A stretch of DNA of 55,796 nucleotides from SAR202 cluster bacterium (GCA_009392095.1 VFHF01000182.1:1-55796); one strand, 5' to 3'. Positions 1 through 9,962 are shown, counted from the stretch's first letter. Translations and numbers: made by a program. Notes: generated by a model from the letters alone, not told the origin.

Positions 1-218
1 GGATACTCTGCCCGTTCGAATCGAGTCAATTTTGGCCCAAAAGAATTTACGTCTATTTCAGCCGCGGATCATATCTGACGCTTATTGATGGACGTCAGTC
101 GTCGGGAGTATCATGGGCGAATAAATGGGGCGGGTATATCTCACGAGAGAACCGGAATCATAGAGAAAACTGGGCTTGCCCGGATTCATTTCCGGCTCGT
201 CCTTTGACCGGATAAGTA

Positions 219-1523
219 ATGGTCCGCTACAACCCATTCTTCTGGATTCTTAAGGCGTTGATATACTTCGTCGACCGCCGGATACAGGTCAACGGCGGCG
301 TTATCGAATCCGTAGCCTATGGCCGTCGCGACAACCGGTTCTGGTTGGCTACCCGGTATTTCAGTTGGCGTAAGTTCTGGAATGTGATTCGCGTTGAAAC
401 CCAACTGCGTTTCGCCAAGCGGATCATCTGGGGCTCTCCTTACGAATGGGAGATTGACACCACCAATATCTGCCAGTTGAAATGCCCCCTATGCCACACT
501 GGCAAAGGCACCATCCACCGCGACCAGGGCGTGATGGACTTTGATTTGTTTACGAAAGTCGTTGACCAGATCAAGCATTCCTGTCTATGGCTCACTCTGT
601 ATAGCTGGGGCGAGCCGTTATTGAACCAGCGGATTCACGAATATATCGAGTACGCTCACAAGCAGAAGATTGCCACGATAATCAGCTCCAACCTGAACAA
701 GCCCTTGACTCCATTGATGGCGGAACAAGTGATCAGGTCAGGACTCGACGTCATGATCGTTTCCTTGGATGGGATCACCCAAGATGTTTACGAGGTTTAC
801 CGTGTGAACGGTCATCTGGACCGGGTACTGGAAAACCTGCGGCTCCTGGATCAAAAAAAGCTTGAGTTAGGCTCCAAAAAACCGTATATCGAATGGCAGT
901 TCATAGTCATGCGTCAGAATGAACACCAGCTCGATGAGGCCAAGGCTTTGGCCGGTGAATTGGGTGTCGATTCCCTGGTGTTCAAGAAGGTCGACTTCCC
1001 CCATGGTGAAGACGACCCGGCGGAGGCAGAACGGTGGTTGCCTCGCCAGCATCCCGAGTATCTGAGAGAAGATCCCTTCTACAAGCCTTATCAAGAAGAC
1101 GGCCAGGTCTGCTGGCGGCTCTGGCGGTCCGCAGTGGTCAATTGGGACGGCGGATTCGCCCCGTGTTGTTACCTTACGGACAAGACCCAAGATTTTGGAG
1201 ATTTGAATGATGCTTCAGTGAAAAGGATCTGGAACAACTCCAAATACACTACCGCCCGAGGGTTGTTCAAAAACGACGACGTTCCGGAGGAGTGGGTCGG
1301 GTGTTTAGACTGTAGCGTTTACTTGGGAAGCAGCGCCGCCAAACACCGTGGACCGGTTGACCTTCATCTTGAGCCTGTAGTGCTTCAGGTAAACGGCAAT
1401 AAAACGATCAATGGAAACAGAAGAGCCGGCGGAGCAGAGATGCTTGAATCAGAGGCGATTCGCGGGTCTCAAAACGGCCAGAATGAAGAGATGACGGAGG
1501 CGAAAACCGAGAAACCAGTCTGA
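219..1523 (+). CDS. radical SAM protein with SPASM-like C-terminal Cys cluster
   Basis: 434-aa ORF. CxxxCxxC triad in TNICQLKCPLCH and downstream SWGEPLL. C-terminal Cys-rich region (CWRLW..FAPCCYL..GCLDCSVY). Ends in TGA. Confidence 0.8.
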   Translation: MVRYNPFFWILKALIYFVDRRIQVNGGVIESVAYGRRDNRFWLATRYFSWRKFWNVIRVETQLRFAKRIIWGSPYEWEIDTTNICQLKCPLCHTGKGTIHRDQGVMDFDLFTKVVDQIKHSCLWLTLYSWGEPLLNQRIHEYIEYAHKQKIATIISSNLNKPLTPLMAEQVIRSGLDVMIVSLDGITQDVYEVYRVNGHLDRVLENLRLLDQKKLELGSKKPYIEWQFIVMRQNEHQLDEAKALAGELGVDSLVFKKVDFPHGEDDPAEAERWLPRQHPEYLREDPFYKPYQEDGQVCWRLWRSAVVNWDGGFAPCCYLTDKTQDFGDLNDASVKRIWNNSKYTTARGLFKNDDVPEEWVGCLDCSVYLGSSAAKHRGPVDLHLEPVVLQVNGNKTINGNRRAGGAEMLESEAIRGSQNGQNEEMTEAKTEKPV

Positions 1524-1705
1524 ATTCCAGCCCGCCGAGGTCTGGAATATTTGGTCTAACTCTGGCAGAATTTTAGTTAAGACTGTTCCGGACGAAGGCA
1601 ACCTCTTCGAAAACCGGCGCATCAAATTCAGATGAATCACGAGTGTTGGGCGGCGTGGAAGCTCCACCGTACCTGAATACAAGGGGTCATCAATAGAGCC
1701 TGACA

Positions 1706-2545
1706 ATGGCTACGATCAGACAGCATATTCCTCAATCTCCCCTATCCAGGATCTGCCTCCCGCACGTGATGGAGATAGGGATCGTTGTAGGGGCGTACTT
1801 CGCCTACATGTATTCCCGCGCGCTGGTCTTCTCAGACTTCCAAAGCACCGCCTTGGCAAATGCCCGGCGCGTGATCGAGTTTGAAAAAAGCGCTGGTTTC
1901 TTCTGGGAGCCGGGATGGCAGTCCTGGGCGATAGAAAGCGCCAGGTCATTGGTCATATTCTTTAACTGGGCATATATCGTCACATTTTTCCCCATCGTCT
2001 TGACCGCTTCCGTGGTGCTGTACTTCACCAACCGTGAGCGCTACAGGTATTACCGGAACGTCGTCCTGCTCAGCTTCCTGATCGCACTGGTGGGATTCAT
2101 GCTGTTCCCGCTGGCCCCGCCTCGGATGATCGCCGAACATTTCGTGGACACCATCAATATCTTTGGCCCTTCGGGATATGCCAGCCGGGAGCTCACCAAC
2201 TACTACAACGCCTACGCGGCCATGCCCAGCCTGCATTTTGGCTGGACCGTGATGTTTGGCATCATCTTCATCCGGACCAACCACAAACTGATCAAGATAT
2301 TTGGCGTCATCTACCCGACGATGACCTTGTTTGCCATCACCATCACCGGCAATCACTACATCACGGACGCCATTGGCGGAGGTCTGCTGATATTGGCTTC
2401 GTTCTTGGCTATGGAGCTTGGATTCCGCCGAAGGTTCTTCTTGCCAGTCATGTTCTGTTGGACTCGGAAGAAGGTGGCACTCCGTTCGGGAACCGACATG
2501 GAAGTAGGATCGACGACAGGCGGGCGACCATCTTTGGCCGATTGA
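1706..2545 (+). CDS. PAP2-superfamily (PAP2_3 / IPC-synthase-like) integral membrane protein, paralogue 1
   Basis: 279 aa with multiple hydrophobic segments. PAP2 C2/C3-like motifs AMPSLHFGWTV and GNHYITDAIGG. Start uncertain (no clear RBS). Confidence 0.7.
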   Translation: MATIRQHIPQSPLSRICLPHVMEIGIVVGAYFAYMYSRALVFSDFQSTALANARRVIEFEKSAGFFWEPGWQSWAIESARSLVIFFNWAYIVTFFPIVLTASVVLYFTNRERYRYYRNVVLLSFLIALVGFMLFPLAPPRMIAEHFVDTINIFGPSGYASRELTNYYNAYAAMPSLHFGWTVMFGIIFIRTNHKLIKIFGVIYPTMTLFAITITGNHYITDAIGGGLLILASFLAMELGFRRRFFLPVMFCWTRKKVALRSGTDMEVGSTTGGRPSLAD

Positions 2546-2568
2546 ATAGGGGCTGTTTTTAAACCAGA

Positions 2569-3342
2569 GTGATTTCCACCATTTGGGACCACCGTGCCGC
2601 TTTTGGTGAATTTTCCCTATACGTTGGCGCCTATGTCGTTTATCTGGTGACTAGGGGTTTGGTCCACTCTGATACCCGGTCCGTGGGCTTGGTCAACGGT
2701 GAAAAGGTGGTCTCACTGCAGCGGGACTTGGGGTTCCTCTGGGAGCCTGGTTGGCAATCGTGGGCCTTGGAGAATGTTGAAGCCGTGGTAGCGGCTATGA
2801 ACTGGGTGTACATCATCACTTACTGGCCGGTAATTCTCACCGTGGCCTTCATCCTGTTCATCAAAAACCGCCGGGATTACAATTTCTACCGGACTGTGGT
2901 GTTCATCAACCTTGTGGGGGCGTTGCTCACCTTCATGATCTTCCCGGTGGCCTCGCCCTTCGCCATACCCAACGTGGAACTATCGGATTCAATCCAAGAG
3001 CTAGGGCCCAAGTTTTACGGCAGCGAGAGTATGGCTTCTTATTACAACATCTCCGCCGCCATGCCGAGCCTTCATTTCAGTTGGACTGTGATTCTAGGGG
3101 TGTTGTTCTGGCGGTCTTTCCCTGGTTGTGGCCGCTATCTCGGCCTGCTGTATCCAGTCCTGACGTTCTTCGCCATCACACTCACCGGGAACCATTTTAT
3201 CCTGGACGCGATGGCCGGAGGGGTGCTTGCAGGATTGTCGTTTGGCGCGGTGTTGTTGTTGCAGGCAGCACAATCAAGGTTTTTAGTCCTTAGGCAGGCG
3301 CCGCTTACCCCACTCGGGGTGCTGGAACGATGGCAGGTTTAG
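2569..3342 (+). CDS. PAP2-superfamily integral membrane protein, paralogue 2
   Basis: 257 aa with a GTG start. Colinear with the previous gene (FLWEPGWQSWA, AMPSLHFSWTV, GNHFILDAMAGG), so a tandem duplicate. Confidence 0.7.
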   Translation: MISTIWDHRAAFGEFSLYVGAYVVYLVTRGLVHSDTRSVGLVNGEKVVSLQRDLGFLWEPGWQSWALENVEAVVAAMNWVYIITYWPVILTVAFILFIKNRRDYNFYRTVVFINLVGALLTFMIFPVASPFAIPNVELSDSIQELGPKFYGSESMASYYNISAAMPSLHFSWTVILGVLFWRSFPGCGRYLGLLYPVLTFFAITLTGNHFILDAMAGGVLAGLSFGAVLLLQAAQSRFLVLRQAPLTPLGVLERWQV

Positions 3343-4620
3343 ACGGTCGATAGGCCGGTCCACCGGAGCAACGGGTTCCGGCTTCGGTTCCTCTGCGGCG
3401 GGCGGGCGGTAAGCTTGTCCTAGATTGCGCTCCGGTCCAAGGCTGCTCAGATGTTGGGCCAAAGATTCCAGGCTATTCAAGTTATGTACCGGAAGGAAAT
3501 CGTCCACGTATGGCAGGGCTGCTTTCATTCCTTGGGTTAAGGGCTGATAGCTGGGCGATCCCAGTAGTGGGTTCAGCCAGACCAGCCGATGGCAGCTCCG
3601 CTGCAGGCGCGATGTCTCCCGCGCCAGAAGTTCAGGGTCGCCCCGGTCCCAGCCGTCGGAGATGATCAGCACAACGGCCTGGCCCCGTAACACCCGGCGC
3701 AGCCATTGGTAGTTGAAGGACTTAACCGCGTCGCCGATACGAGTGCCGCCGGCCCAGTCTGGTACTGCTTTTGAGACCTCGTCGATGGACTGGTCGATGC
3801 TTCGGTACTTCAAGTTCCTGGTGATGCGAGTGAGGCGGGTGGCGAATAGGAATGCCTCAAGTTGGTCGAACCCCCCGGCGATGGTGTGTATGAACTGAAG
3901 AAGCATACGTGTGTAACGCTCCATGGAGCCGCTAACGTCGCAGATGAGTACCAAAGAGCGGGACTTTTGTTTGCGCGACCGATAGGCCAGATCAAGGAAT
4001 TCTCCGCCGTATTTCAGGCTTCGCCGCATGGTCCGGCGCATGTCCAGTGGACCGGTTCTACCTTGAGCCAACCGGCGGGTCCGCCGTTGGCCTAGGTCCC
4101 AGGTTAGGTCAGCCATCATGTGGCGGGCTTCGGCCATCTCCAAGGACGTGAATTCGGAGAAATCCTTCTGCCGGAAGACCTCTACCTCGCTGTAGGTGCG
4201 GTTCAGGTCAACATTCTGGGCCGAGTCGTCGTCCGGGTCGCCTACCATCGTTCCGGCGCCCTCGGGCTCATAGTCACGGCCGGAGCTTACCTGCGGTTTA
4301 CGGAAGCGCTTCTGTTCGCCCAGGGAGCGCAGGTCTATGGTGGTGGTGCGGTCGGAAGGCTTGCGCCAGAACACCTGGAAAGCCTCGTCGAAGATGGGAA
4401 GGTCCTGCTTACGGTGCACCAGGATGCTGCGAGACGCCTGGAAGAACTCTCCTCGTTTGCCGATGGATACATGGTCGGTGGCGCGAACTAGGTCCAGCAT
4501 GTTGCCGGAACCGATCTCCAGTCCCACCCGGCGCAGCATCTCTCCGAACAGCGTCAGGCTATGCAGGATATGGCCGTCAGGGCCAGCGTCGTTGGGTATG
4601 ATTGGTATTGGGCCAGGCAT
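3283..4620 (-). CDS. VWA domain protein, CoxE-like
   Basis: 445 aa. MIDAS motif LICDVSGSM. N-terminal region typical of the VWA_CoxE family (DLPIFDEAFQVFW). Starts 3 nt after the stop of the MoxR gene. Confidence 0.8.
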   Translation of the reverse strand: MPGPIPIIPNDAGPDGHILHSLTLFGEMLRRVGLEIGSGNMLDLVRATDHVSIGKRGEFFQASRSILVHRKQDLPIFDEAFQVFWRKPSDRTTTIDLRSLGEQKRFRKPQVSSGRDYEPEGAGTMVGDPDDDSAQNVDLNRTYSEVEVFRQKDFSEFTSLEMAEARHMMADLTWDLGQRRTRRLAQGRTGPLDMRRTMRRSLKYGGEFLDLAYRSRKQKSRSLVLICDVSGSMERYTRMLLQFIHTIAGGFDQLEAFLFATRLTRITRNLKYRSIDQSIDEVSKAVPDWAGGTRIGDAVKSFNYQWLRRVLRGQAVVLIISDGWDRGDPELLARETSRLQRSCHRLVWLNPLLGSPSYQPLTQGMKAALPYVDDFLPVHNLNSLESLAQHLSSLGPERNLGQAYRPPAAEEPKPEPVAPVDRPIDRLNLPSFQHPEWGKRRLPKD

Positions 4621-4622
4621 GA

Positions 4623-5573
4623 TTATCCGCGACGGCGGCCGCCACGGCGTGGGCCGCGGTTCTTGGAGCGTTCCAACATGGCCCGCACCGGCTCGCCTTT
4701 GACCGACTCAATATCGTCCTGGTATTTGAGCATCATGCCCAGGGTGTCGTCAATCACCGACGGGTCAAGTTCGGTCTGGTTTAAAGCCAGCAGCGCCGAC
4801 AGCCAGTCCAAAGTCTCAGAAACGCCGGGAATCTTGAAAAGCTCGGTCTCCCGCATCTCCTGAATGAACGCCGTCACTTGCTCAGCCAGCTTGCGGGGTG
4901 CGTCGGGGATCCTGGCGCTGATGATTTGGAGTTCCTTCTGGTAGTCGGGGTAGTCCACCCAGTAATAAAGGCAGCGTCGCTTAAGGGCGTCGTGGATCTC
5001 CCGGGTGCGGTTGGAGGTGATGATAACGATGGGCGGATGGGCCGCCTTGAAGGTACCCAACTCAGGTATGGTTATCTGGTAGTCGGCAAGGAGTTCTAAG
5101 AGGAAGCCCTCAAATTCTTCATCCGAGCGGTCAAGTTCGTCGATTAGGAGGACCGGCGGTCTCTCTTCTGCCTCATCGATGGCCTGGAGTAAGGGTCGTT
5201 TGATGAGGAAGTTTTCGCTGAATAGGTCGGCGTTGGCGGCTTCCCGGTCGATGTCACCTGCCGCCTCCATAAGGCGAATCTCCAAGACCTGGCGAGTGTG
5301 GTTCCACTCGTAAACTGCCTGGTTGACGTCCAGTCCTTCATAGCATTGCAGGCGTATCAGCTTGGTGCCCAGTCCGGCGGCCAGGGCGCGGGCGATCTCG
5401 GTCTTTCCGACCCCGGCCTCCCCCTCCAGGAACAGAGGCCGTCGCAGCTTCATAGCCAGGAATATGGGAACTGCCAGGGCCCGGTCGGAGATGTAGACCT
5501 GATCGCGGAGCAGGTTCTGCACTTCTTCGATGGACTCGGGAGGTTTGTACTCAGTGGTCGTCAATGGGGTCAC
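4623..5573 (-). CDS. MoxR-type AAA+ ATPase, CoxD-like
   Basis: 316 aa. Walker A GEAGVGKT and Walker B VLLIDELD. Same operon as the VWA gene. Confidence 0.85.
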   Translation of the reverse strand: MTPLTTTEYKPPESIEEVQNLLRDQVYISDRALAVPIFLAMKLRRPLFLEGEAGVGKTEIARALAAGLGTKLIRLQCYEGLDVNQAVYEWNHTRQVLEIRLMEAAGDIDREAANADLFSENFLIKRPLLQAIDEAEERPPVLLIDELDRSDEEFEGFLLELLADYQITIPELGTFKAAHPPIVIITSNRTREIHDALKRRCLYYWVDYPDYQKELQIISARIPDAPRKLAEQVTAFIQEMRETELFKIPGVSETLDWLSALLALNQTELDPSVIDDTLGMMLKYQDDIESVKGEPVRAMLERSKNRGPRRGGRRRG

Positions 5574-5668
5574 CGTCTTTCGGGGGAATGAGTCTGGGTC
5601 CGGTCAGGCACGGTAGAATATTGTATCCCAAAGGTGTTGGGCGCACCACTGTCACGGGCACAGAAGGG

Positions 5669-6298
5669 TTAGCCCAACGGAGGAACGAACACGGACTGGA
5701 GGAACCGCCGGACCAGCTGGGCCAGACGGGTCCAGTGGTCGTTCAGGGATTCCAGCTCATCTGGAGTCAGTTCCTTGTAGGTCTTCCCGTACTTAGGGAA
5801 GTTCCAAATGGTGAAGGCCCAGAATTCAGGCACCGGCCCTGGTTGGCGGGCCCGGACTATCTCCCCGACAGCTCCAAGAAGCTCCCAGGAAGCTAAAAGT
5901 CGCCCCTTATAGGCAATGGCCAGCGCCTCGGCCCAAGAGGCGTTTCTGTCTGCTCCGTTGAAGGGCTCCATGAGTTCTAACAGCCGGTCTACCCGTTGGG
6001 AGTCGTCTACATCCGGGCCGGGGAACCTTCGTGTGTGGCGGCTTTCCCAGGCCGGGCCCAATGCAGGGATGACCAATCCACCGTCAGAGGCGATGGCCAG
6101 CATCGCGCCTGCCGCGGACCAGGCGATGGCTTTCTCTTCGGCGATGAGGCGGTGGCTGTCACCATCTTCATCGGGCGATGCGGCGACCCCGGCTTCGGTG
6201 GGGGTTACGGGGTTGAATCGGAGGCCATCCAGCAGAGACTGAAAGGCGCGCTGTTTGTCGCCGTTTCCGGTGGCCAGCAGGATGGGTTGAGCGTCCAT
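5669..6298 (-). CDS. divergent Ham1/RdgB (ITPase-fold)-like protein
   Basis: 209 aa. N-terminal LLATGNGDKQRAF resembles the ATxNxxK motif of Ham1. IASDGGLVIPALG resembles the DDSGL..aL.G motif. Weak overall match. Confidence 0.4.
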   Translation of the reverse strand: MDAQPILLATGNGDKQRAFQSLLDGLRFNPVTPTEAGVAASPDEDGDSHRLIAEEKAIAWSAAGAMLAIASDGGLVIPALGPAWESRHTRRFPGPDVDDSQRVDRLLELMEPFNGADRNASWAEALAIAYKGRLLASWELLGAVGEIVRARQPGPVPEFWAFTIWNFPKYGKTYKELTPDELESLNDHWTRLAQLVRRFLQSVFVPPLG

Positions 6299-6310
6299 AT
6301 CGGGGTCAGG

Positions 6311-6985
6311 CTAAAGGATACGGGCCACCGCTCTGGTGGCGGCGCCGTCTCCCCCCTTGAGTTTGAGAGGGAGGGCCCAGATCTCAAATTCCTTGCCAAT
6401 TAACTTATCCAGGTTGATCAGGTTCTCGATGAGCGGGATATTCTGTCCCAGCAACAGCCGGTGGACCGGGAAGTCTTTGATGGTGGACTGTGGCGAGTCC
6501 GGGTGCTTGTCGATGGGAAAATCGACGGCCACGGCGTTGGCGTCGCACTCGGCCAAGTAAGCGGCGCCATCGGTGCTGAGATAGGGTCCGTGACCATAGA
6601 AACGCGGCCCGCCGGACTCGGCCTCCGCCCAGCCGGTGAACAGAATGGCTATCTTGCCCTTTACCGATTCGAGGTTGGCGCCGGCGTCGGTAAGCTCGGA
6701 GACTGACAACGGGGACTGCCCCTTGGCTACGGTACGGAGATCCAACAAAATGGCCGGACCGGAGTATTTCTCCAGAGGCATGTCTTCAATGGTGGTGGCG
6801 CCGTCCACGAAATGGAAAGGGGCGTCAACGTGGGTGCCGATATGGGTTGCCAGGCACAGTTTCTGGTTGGAGCGGGCGTGGGTGGCGTGAGTCTGGATGG
6901 ACTCGGTCTCCACGCCGACGAGCCCGGGCACAAGACTGACACGTTCGCTGCCCAGAGTTAGGGTCAAATCAATTAGTTCAGCCAT
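6311..6985 (-). CDS. cyclase-family protein (kynurenine formamidase-like)
   Basis: 224 aa. Hallmark HIGTHVDAPFHF metal-binding motif of the putative cyclase family. Confidence 0.8.
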   Translation of the reverse strand: MAELIDLTLTLGSERVSLVPGLVGVETESIQTHATHARSNQKLCLATHIGTHVDAPFHFVDGATTIEDMPLEKYSGPAILLDLRTVAKGQSPLSVSELTDAGANLESVKGKIAILFTGWAEAESGGPRFYGHGPYLSTDGAAYLAECDANAVAVDFPIDKHPDSPQSTIKDFPVHRLLLGQNIPLIENLINLDKLIGKEFEIWALPLKLKGGDGAATRAVARIL

Positions 6986-7030
6986 ACCGCGTACCTCCTA
7001 AATCACTTCCAGATTGACGTGGTTCGCCGG

Positions 7031-8416
7031 TTAGTCCGAATCCATCTGCTCGATGAGCGCCGCCCGCGTGGCCTGCTCCGCGATTTTCTGGGTGGTCCTG
7101 GCCTCGGGAGGTAGTCCGCTCTCCCAGTCTGGTATCAGAATCTTTTTGCCGGACTCCATGCTGTAGATTACCAACACCCCGGTGAAGCTGAAGAACATGG
7201 ACATGGCGAGCGCTGGATTGAACGAGCCGGTGGCATAGATAGCCAGTCCGCCCAACACCGTGGCGGTGGCATGGCCGATAAGTGCGCCCATCATCTCGAA
7301 CCCATAGAGAGTCGCCAATGGGCCTGAGCCGAAATATTGGCGGTTGACCACCAGGTACGCCGACATCTCGCCCCCGAATCCCAGTCCAAACAATATGGCG
7401 AACAGATAGAAGGCATAGGCATCATGGGCCCAGAACAACACCAGGACCGTGACTCCCTGGACGAACAAGGCCGTCATCATGACTGGTTTTGCGCCCATGC
7501 GCTCGGCCAAGATTGGAGCCATGAACCGGCCCACGATGCTGAATACCGAGATCAGAGCCAGGATGAACGATGCGGCTCCGAGGCTTACTCCCTGCTCGAT
7601 GGCTAAAGGAATCGAATAGATCAAAACGATGCCGTGCCCGGCGCAGCCCAGGCCGTGGATGGTGGGCAGATTCCAGAATGCCCGGGTGCGGCGCATGGCT
7701 TTGTTGAAGACCTTAAGACGCAAGCGCTCAATCTCTTTGCCCAGGAATATCTCCGGCGGGTCGCCTGCAATGGAACCGAATGCAGTCGTGTTAAGATCAG
7801 CCGGTTTGGAATGAAAGAAGAAGGTCAAAACAGCAAGTGTTCCACCGCCGCCCAATCCGATGACGGTGAATGTGGTCTGCCAACCGAAGGCGTCTAGAAG
7901 GCCCGCTATCCCCGGCGCGACCGCAGCCGCTCCAACACCACCTGAGGCCCAGAGGAGCCCGGTGGCCAGGCCCAACCGCTGTTTAAACCACCCGTTGACA
8001 GAGGCCAATATGGGGACCATTGCCAGTGATTGGGTGACTGAGAGGAGGACTCCGAAGTACAGGAAGAACTGCCAGAGTTCGGTCACAGTTCCAATCAAAA
8101 CCATGCTGACGGCATACAGGATGCCGCAAGCGAGCATCATCGGCCTGGCGCCGTACCGGTCGCCTAGGATACCGGTTATCGGGGATACCAATGCTCCGCA
8201 CAGATAGTAAATTGCCAGAGCAGCGCCAATCAGGCCCATGTTCCAGCCGAACCCGCCGTCCGGGTCGTTCAGCGGCGCGACCATAATCCCAGCCGCCATG
8301 CTGATGGACTGGCCGACTATCTGGGCCACAGCCAAGATGACCAATATGATCCAAGCCCGGTGGATGCCCTTTGGGGACCGCGAGATTGCAGGGGTAGGGG
8401 TGGTGGTGACCGCCAT
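7031..8416 (-). CDS. MFS transporter
   Basis: 461 aa, about 12 hydrophobic helices. Loop 2-3 motif GILGDRYGARP. Confidence 0.8.
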   Translation of the reverse strand: MAVTTTPTPAISRSPKGIHRAWIILVILAVAQIVGQSISMAAGIMVAPLNDPDGGFGWNMGLIGAALAIYYLCGALVSPITGILGDRYGARPMMLACGILYAVSMVLIGTVTELWQFFLYFGVLLSVTQSLAMVPILASVNGWFKQRLGLATGLLWASGGVGAAAVAPGIAGLLDAFGWQTTFTVIGLGGGGTLAVLTFFFHSKPADLNTTAFGSIAGDPPEIFLGKEIERLRLKVFNKAMRRTRAFWNLPTIHGLGCAGHGIVLIYSIPLAIEQGVSLGAASFILALISVFSIVGRFMAPILAERMGAKPVMMTALFVQGVTVLVLFWAHDAYAFYLFAILFGLGFGGEMSAYLVVNRQYFGSGPLATLYGFEMMGALIGHATATVLGGLAIYATGSFNPALAMSMFFSFTGVLVIYSMESGKKILIPDWESGLPPEARTTQKIAEQATRAALIEQMDSD

Positions 8417-8508
8417 GGTAGTGGTTCAGTTCGAAGGAGACCGGTCGATTCGGTCGGCCTCCCTTCGTCCTTTTGGTTTATTTGTCGATCGCCGGGGTTG
8501 ACTCAAGC

Positions 8509-8850
8509 CTAGTGTAGGGGGCAAGCCCTTAAGAAAGCGCCGCCCCACCAAGTGTCGCTGGCCGATTCATGGCCGTCTAGGCGAGCTACTTGGTATGGCC
8601 TGGCGTTTTGGTCCCGGAGGTTGTTGCCGCTCAGGGTTGGGCTTGTGCCTGGTAGCCCGAAAGCCAGAGTGCGTTGGCCGGTGTCAGCCGATACCGCCCA
8701 GGCCCCGAAGAATATGATCAGGGCGATGACTATGGCCAGAACCACGGAGAACGTAAGCGGGACTGGTATGCGTCTTGTTGTGCTCAAACTGTGATCTGTT
8801 TCGGTTGAACGATTCCCCCAAAAAATGGTTCCTAGGACTAAAATCGCCAA
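8509..8850 (-). CDS. small single-pass membrane protein (hypothetical)
   Basis: 113 aa. Its ATG lies 2 nt after the stop of the upstream SUOX gene (coupled). One strong TM segment (LTFSVVLAIVIALIIFFGAWAV). No recognisable family. Confidence 0.35.
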   Translation of the reverse strand: MAILVLGTIFWGNRSTETDHSLSTTRRIPVPLTFSVVLAIVIALIIFFGAWAVSADTGQRTLAFGLPGTSPTLSGNNLRDQNARPYQVARLDGHESASDTWWGGAFLRACPLH

Positions 8851-8852
8851 AC

Positions 8853-9962
8853 TTAGCCTCGGACTTCCACCTCAAACGGGAAGACCATGTTGTTGCCGTA
8901 GCCCCGGCCGTCCCAAGGATTCGGGAATTCCATCGGCTGGGTGACTCCCAGCACGTTGGTGGCCCGGCACATGAGGGTATATTTACCCTCGGCGGGCGGG
9001 GTCCAGTTGTGTTCCCACCGGTACCAGGAGTAGCCTACCCGGTCGTGGAGTTTCTGGACCGGGTTCCAGGTCTCTCCGCCATCGGTGCTGATCTCAACTT
9101 CTTCGATGTCCTCTTCGCCGGACCAGGCGGCGCCGGCCAAGTTATAGCCACTGGTGGGAATGGTTTCGCCGGGTACCGGGTTGGTGATGATGGACTTCAC
9201 CTGAAGCTTATTGTAATAGCGGTACGGCTCTGGGCTGCCGGGCTCGTTCATAGTCATGTAGCGCTCGGTCATGTAGAAGCCTTTGAACTCATGGTCCAAG
9301 ACGTGGATGCCGACCAGCCACTTGACGGAGTTCATGCCGTACCAGCCAGAGACCAAGAGACGCAGCGGAAACCCGTGGTCCTTGGGCAACGGCTCTCCGT
9401 TCATCTCATAGGCCAAAATGGTGTCCTCGTGCAGGGCTTTGGCCATGGGCAGGCTGCGCTCGTAGGTGACTTCCGCGGGGTCGTTCACCACTTCGTCGGC
9501 ACCGTGATCGGCGCCTTCGAACATCACTTCGACCGCTGAGTCCTTGACTCCGGCCAGTTCCAGTACGTCCTTGAGGGAAACCCCGGCCCATTCCGCGTTG
9601 CCCATGATGCCGTGACCCTTGATCTGCTCCATCACAGAACTGATGCGCAGGGCCTTGGTGTAATAATCGGGCACCGGGCTGTTGCCGCAGCATTCGAAGG
9701 TTACTTGGAAGCGCTTTTGGGGCAACTTTTTGAGGTCTTCGAACGATAGTGTGACGGTCCGCTCAACTTCTCCGTCTATCTTCAGTTCAAAGGTGCTGAT
9801 ATCAATCTCAGGGCTGTCCTTCCAGTGGTTCCGGATGTAGAAAAGGTCGTTGGGTACGATGTTTTCTTGCAAGCCTTGCGGGGGCACGGCCCAGGTTCGA
9901 AGGCCGGCGTTTGTCGGGATGATCTGCGGTTCTGCTTTGGTGCCAATCTGTGGCAGGGCCAT
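8853..9962 (-). CDS. sulfite-oxidase-family molybdopterin oxidoreductase (SUOX fold), no signal peptide
   Basis: 369 aa. Mo-ligand Cys motif FECCGN. Conserved GFPLRLLVSGWYGMNSVKWL. C-terminal dimerisation/Ig-like domain. N-terminus lacks a twin-arginine motif. Confidence 0.85.
   Translation of the reverse strand: MALPQIGTKAEPQIIPTNAGLRTWAVPPQGLQENIVPNDLFYIRNHWKDSPEIDISTFELKIDGEVERTVTLSFEDLKKLPQKRFQVTFECCGNSPVPDYYTKALRISSVMEQIKGHGIMGNAEWAGVSLKDVLELAGVKDSAVEVMFEGADHGADEVVNDPAEVTYERSLPMAKALHEDTILAYEMNGEPLPKDHGFPLRLLVSGWYGMNSVKWLVGIHVLDHEFKGFYMTERYMTMNEPGSPEPYRYYNKLQVKSIITNPVPGETIPTSGYNLAGAAWSGEEDIEEVEISTDGGETWNPVQKLHDRVGYSWYRWEHNWTPPAEGKYTLMCRATNVLGVTQPMEFPNPWDGRGYGNNMVFPFEVEVRG

Noticed and set aside
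1-218. RiPP precursor peptide upstream of the radical SAM/SPASM gene
   Set aside because: The only ATG ORF is 11 codons (MDVSRREYHGRI) with no RBS and no Cys, Ser or Thr-rich core. A 6-bp hairpin (CTGACG..CGTCAG) is too weak to interpret.
8417-8508. Hairpin GAAGGAGACCG..CGGTCGGCCTCCCTTC between the small membrane ORF and the MFS gene, considered as a terminator
   Set aside because: The stem has a 4-5-nt internal bulge and there is no U-tract on the transcribed (minus) strand. It could equally be part of the MFS 5' UTR, so it was not called.
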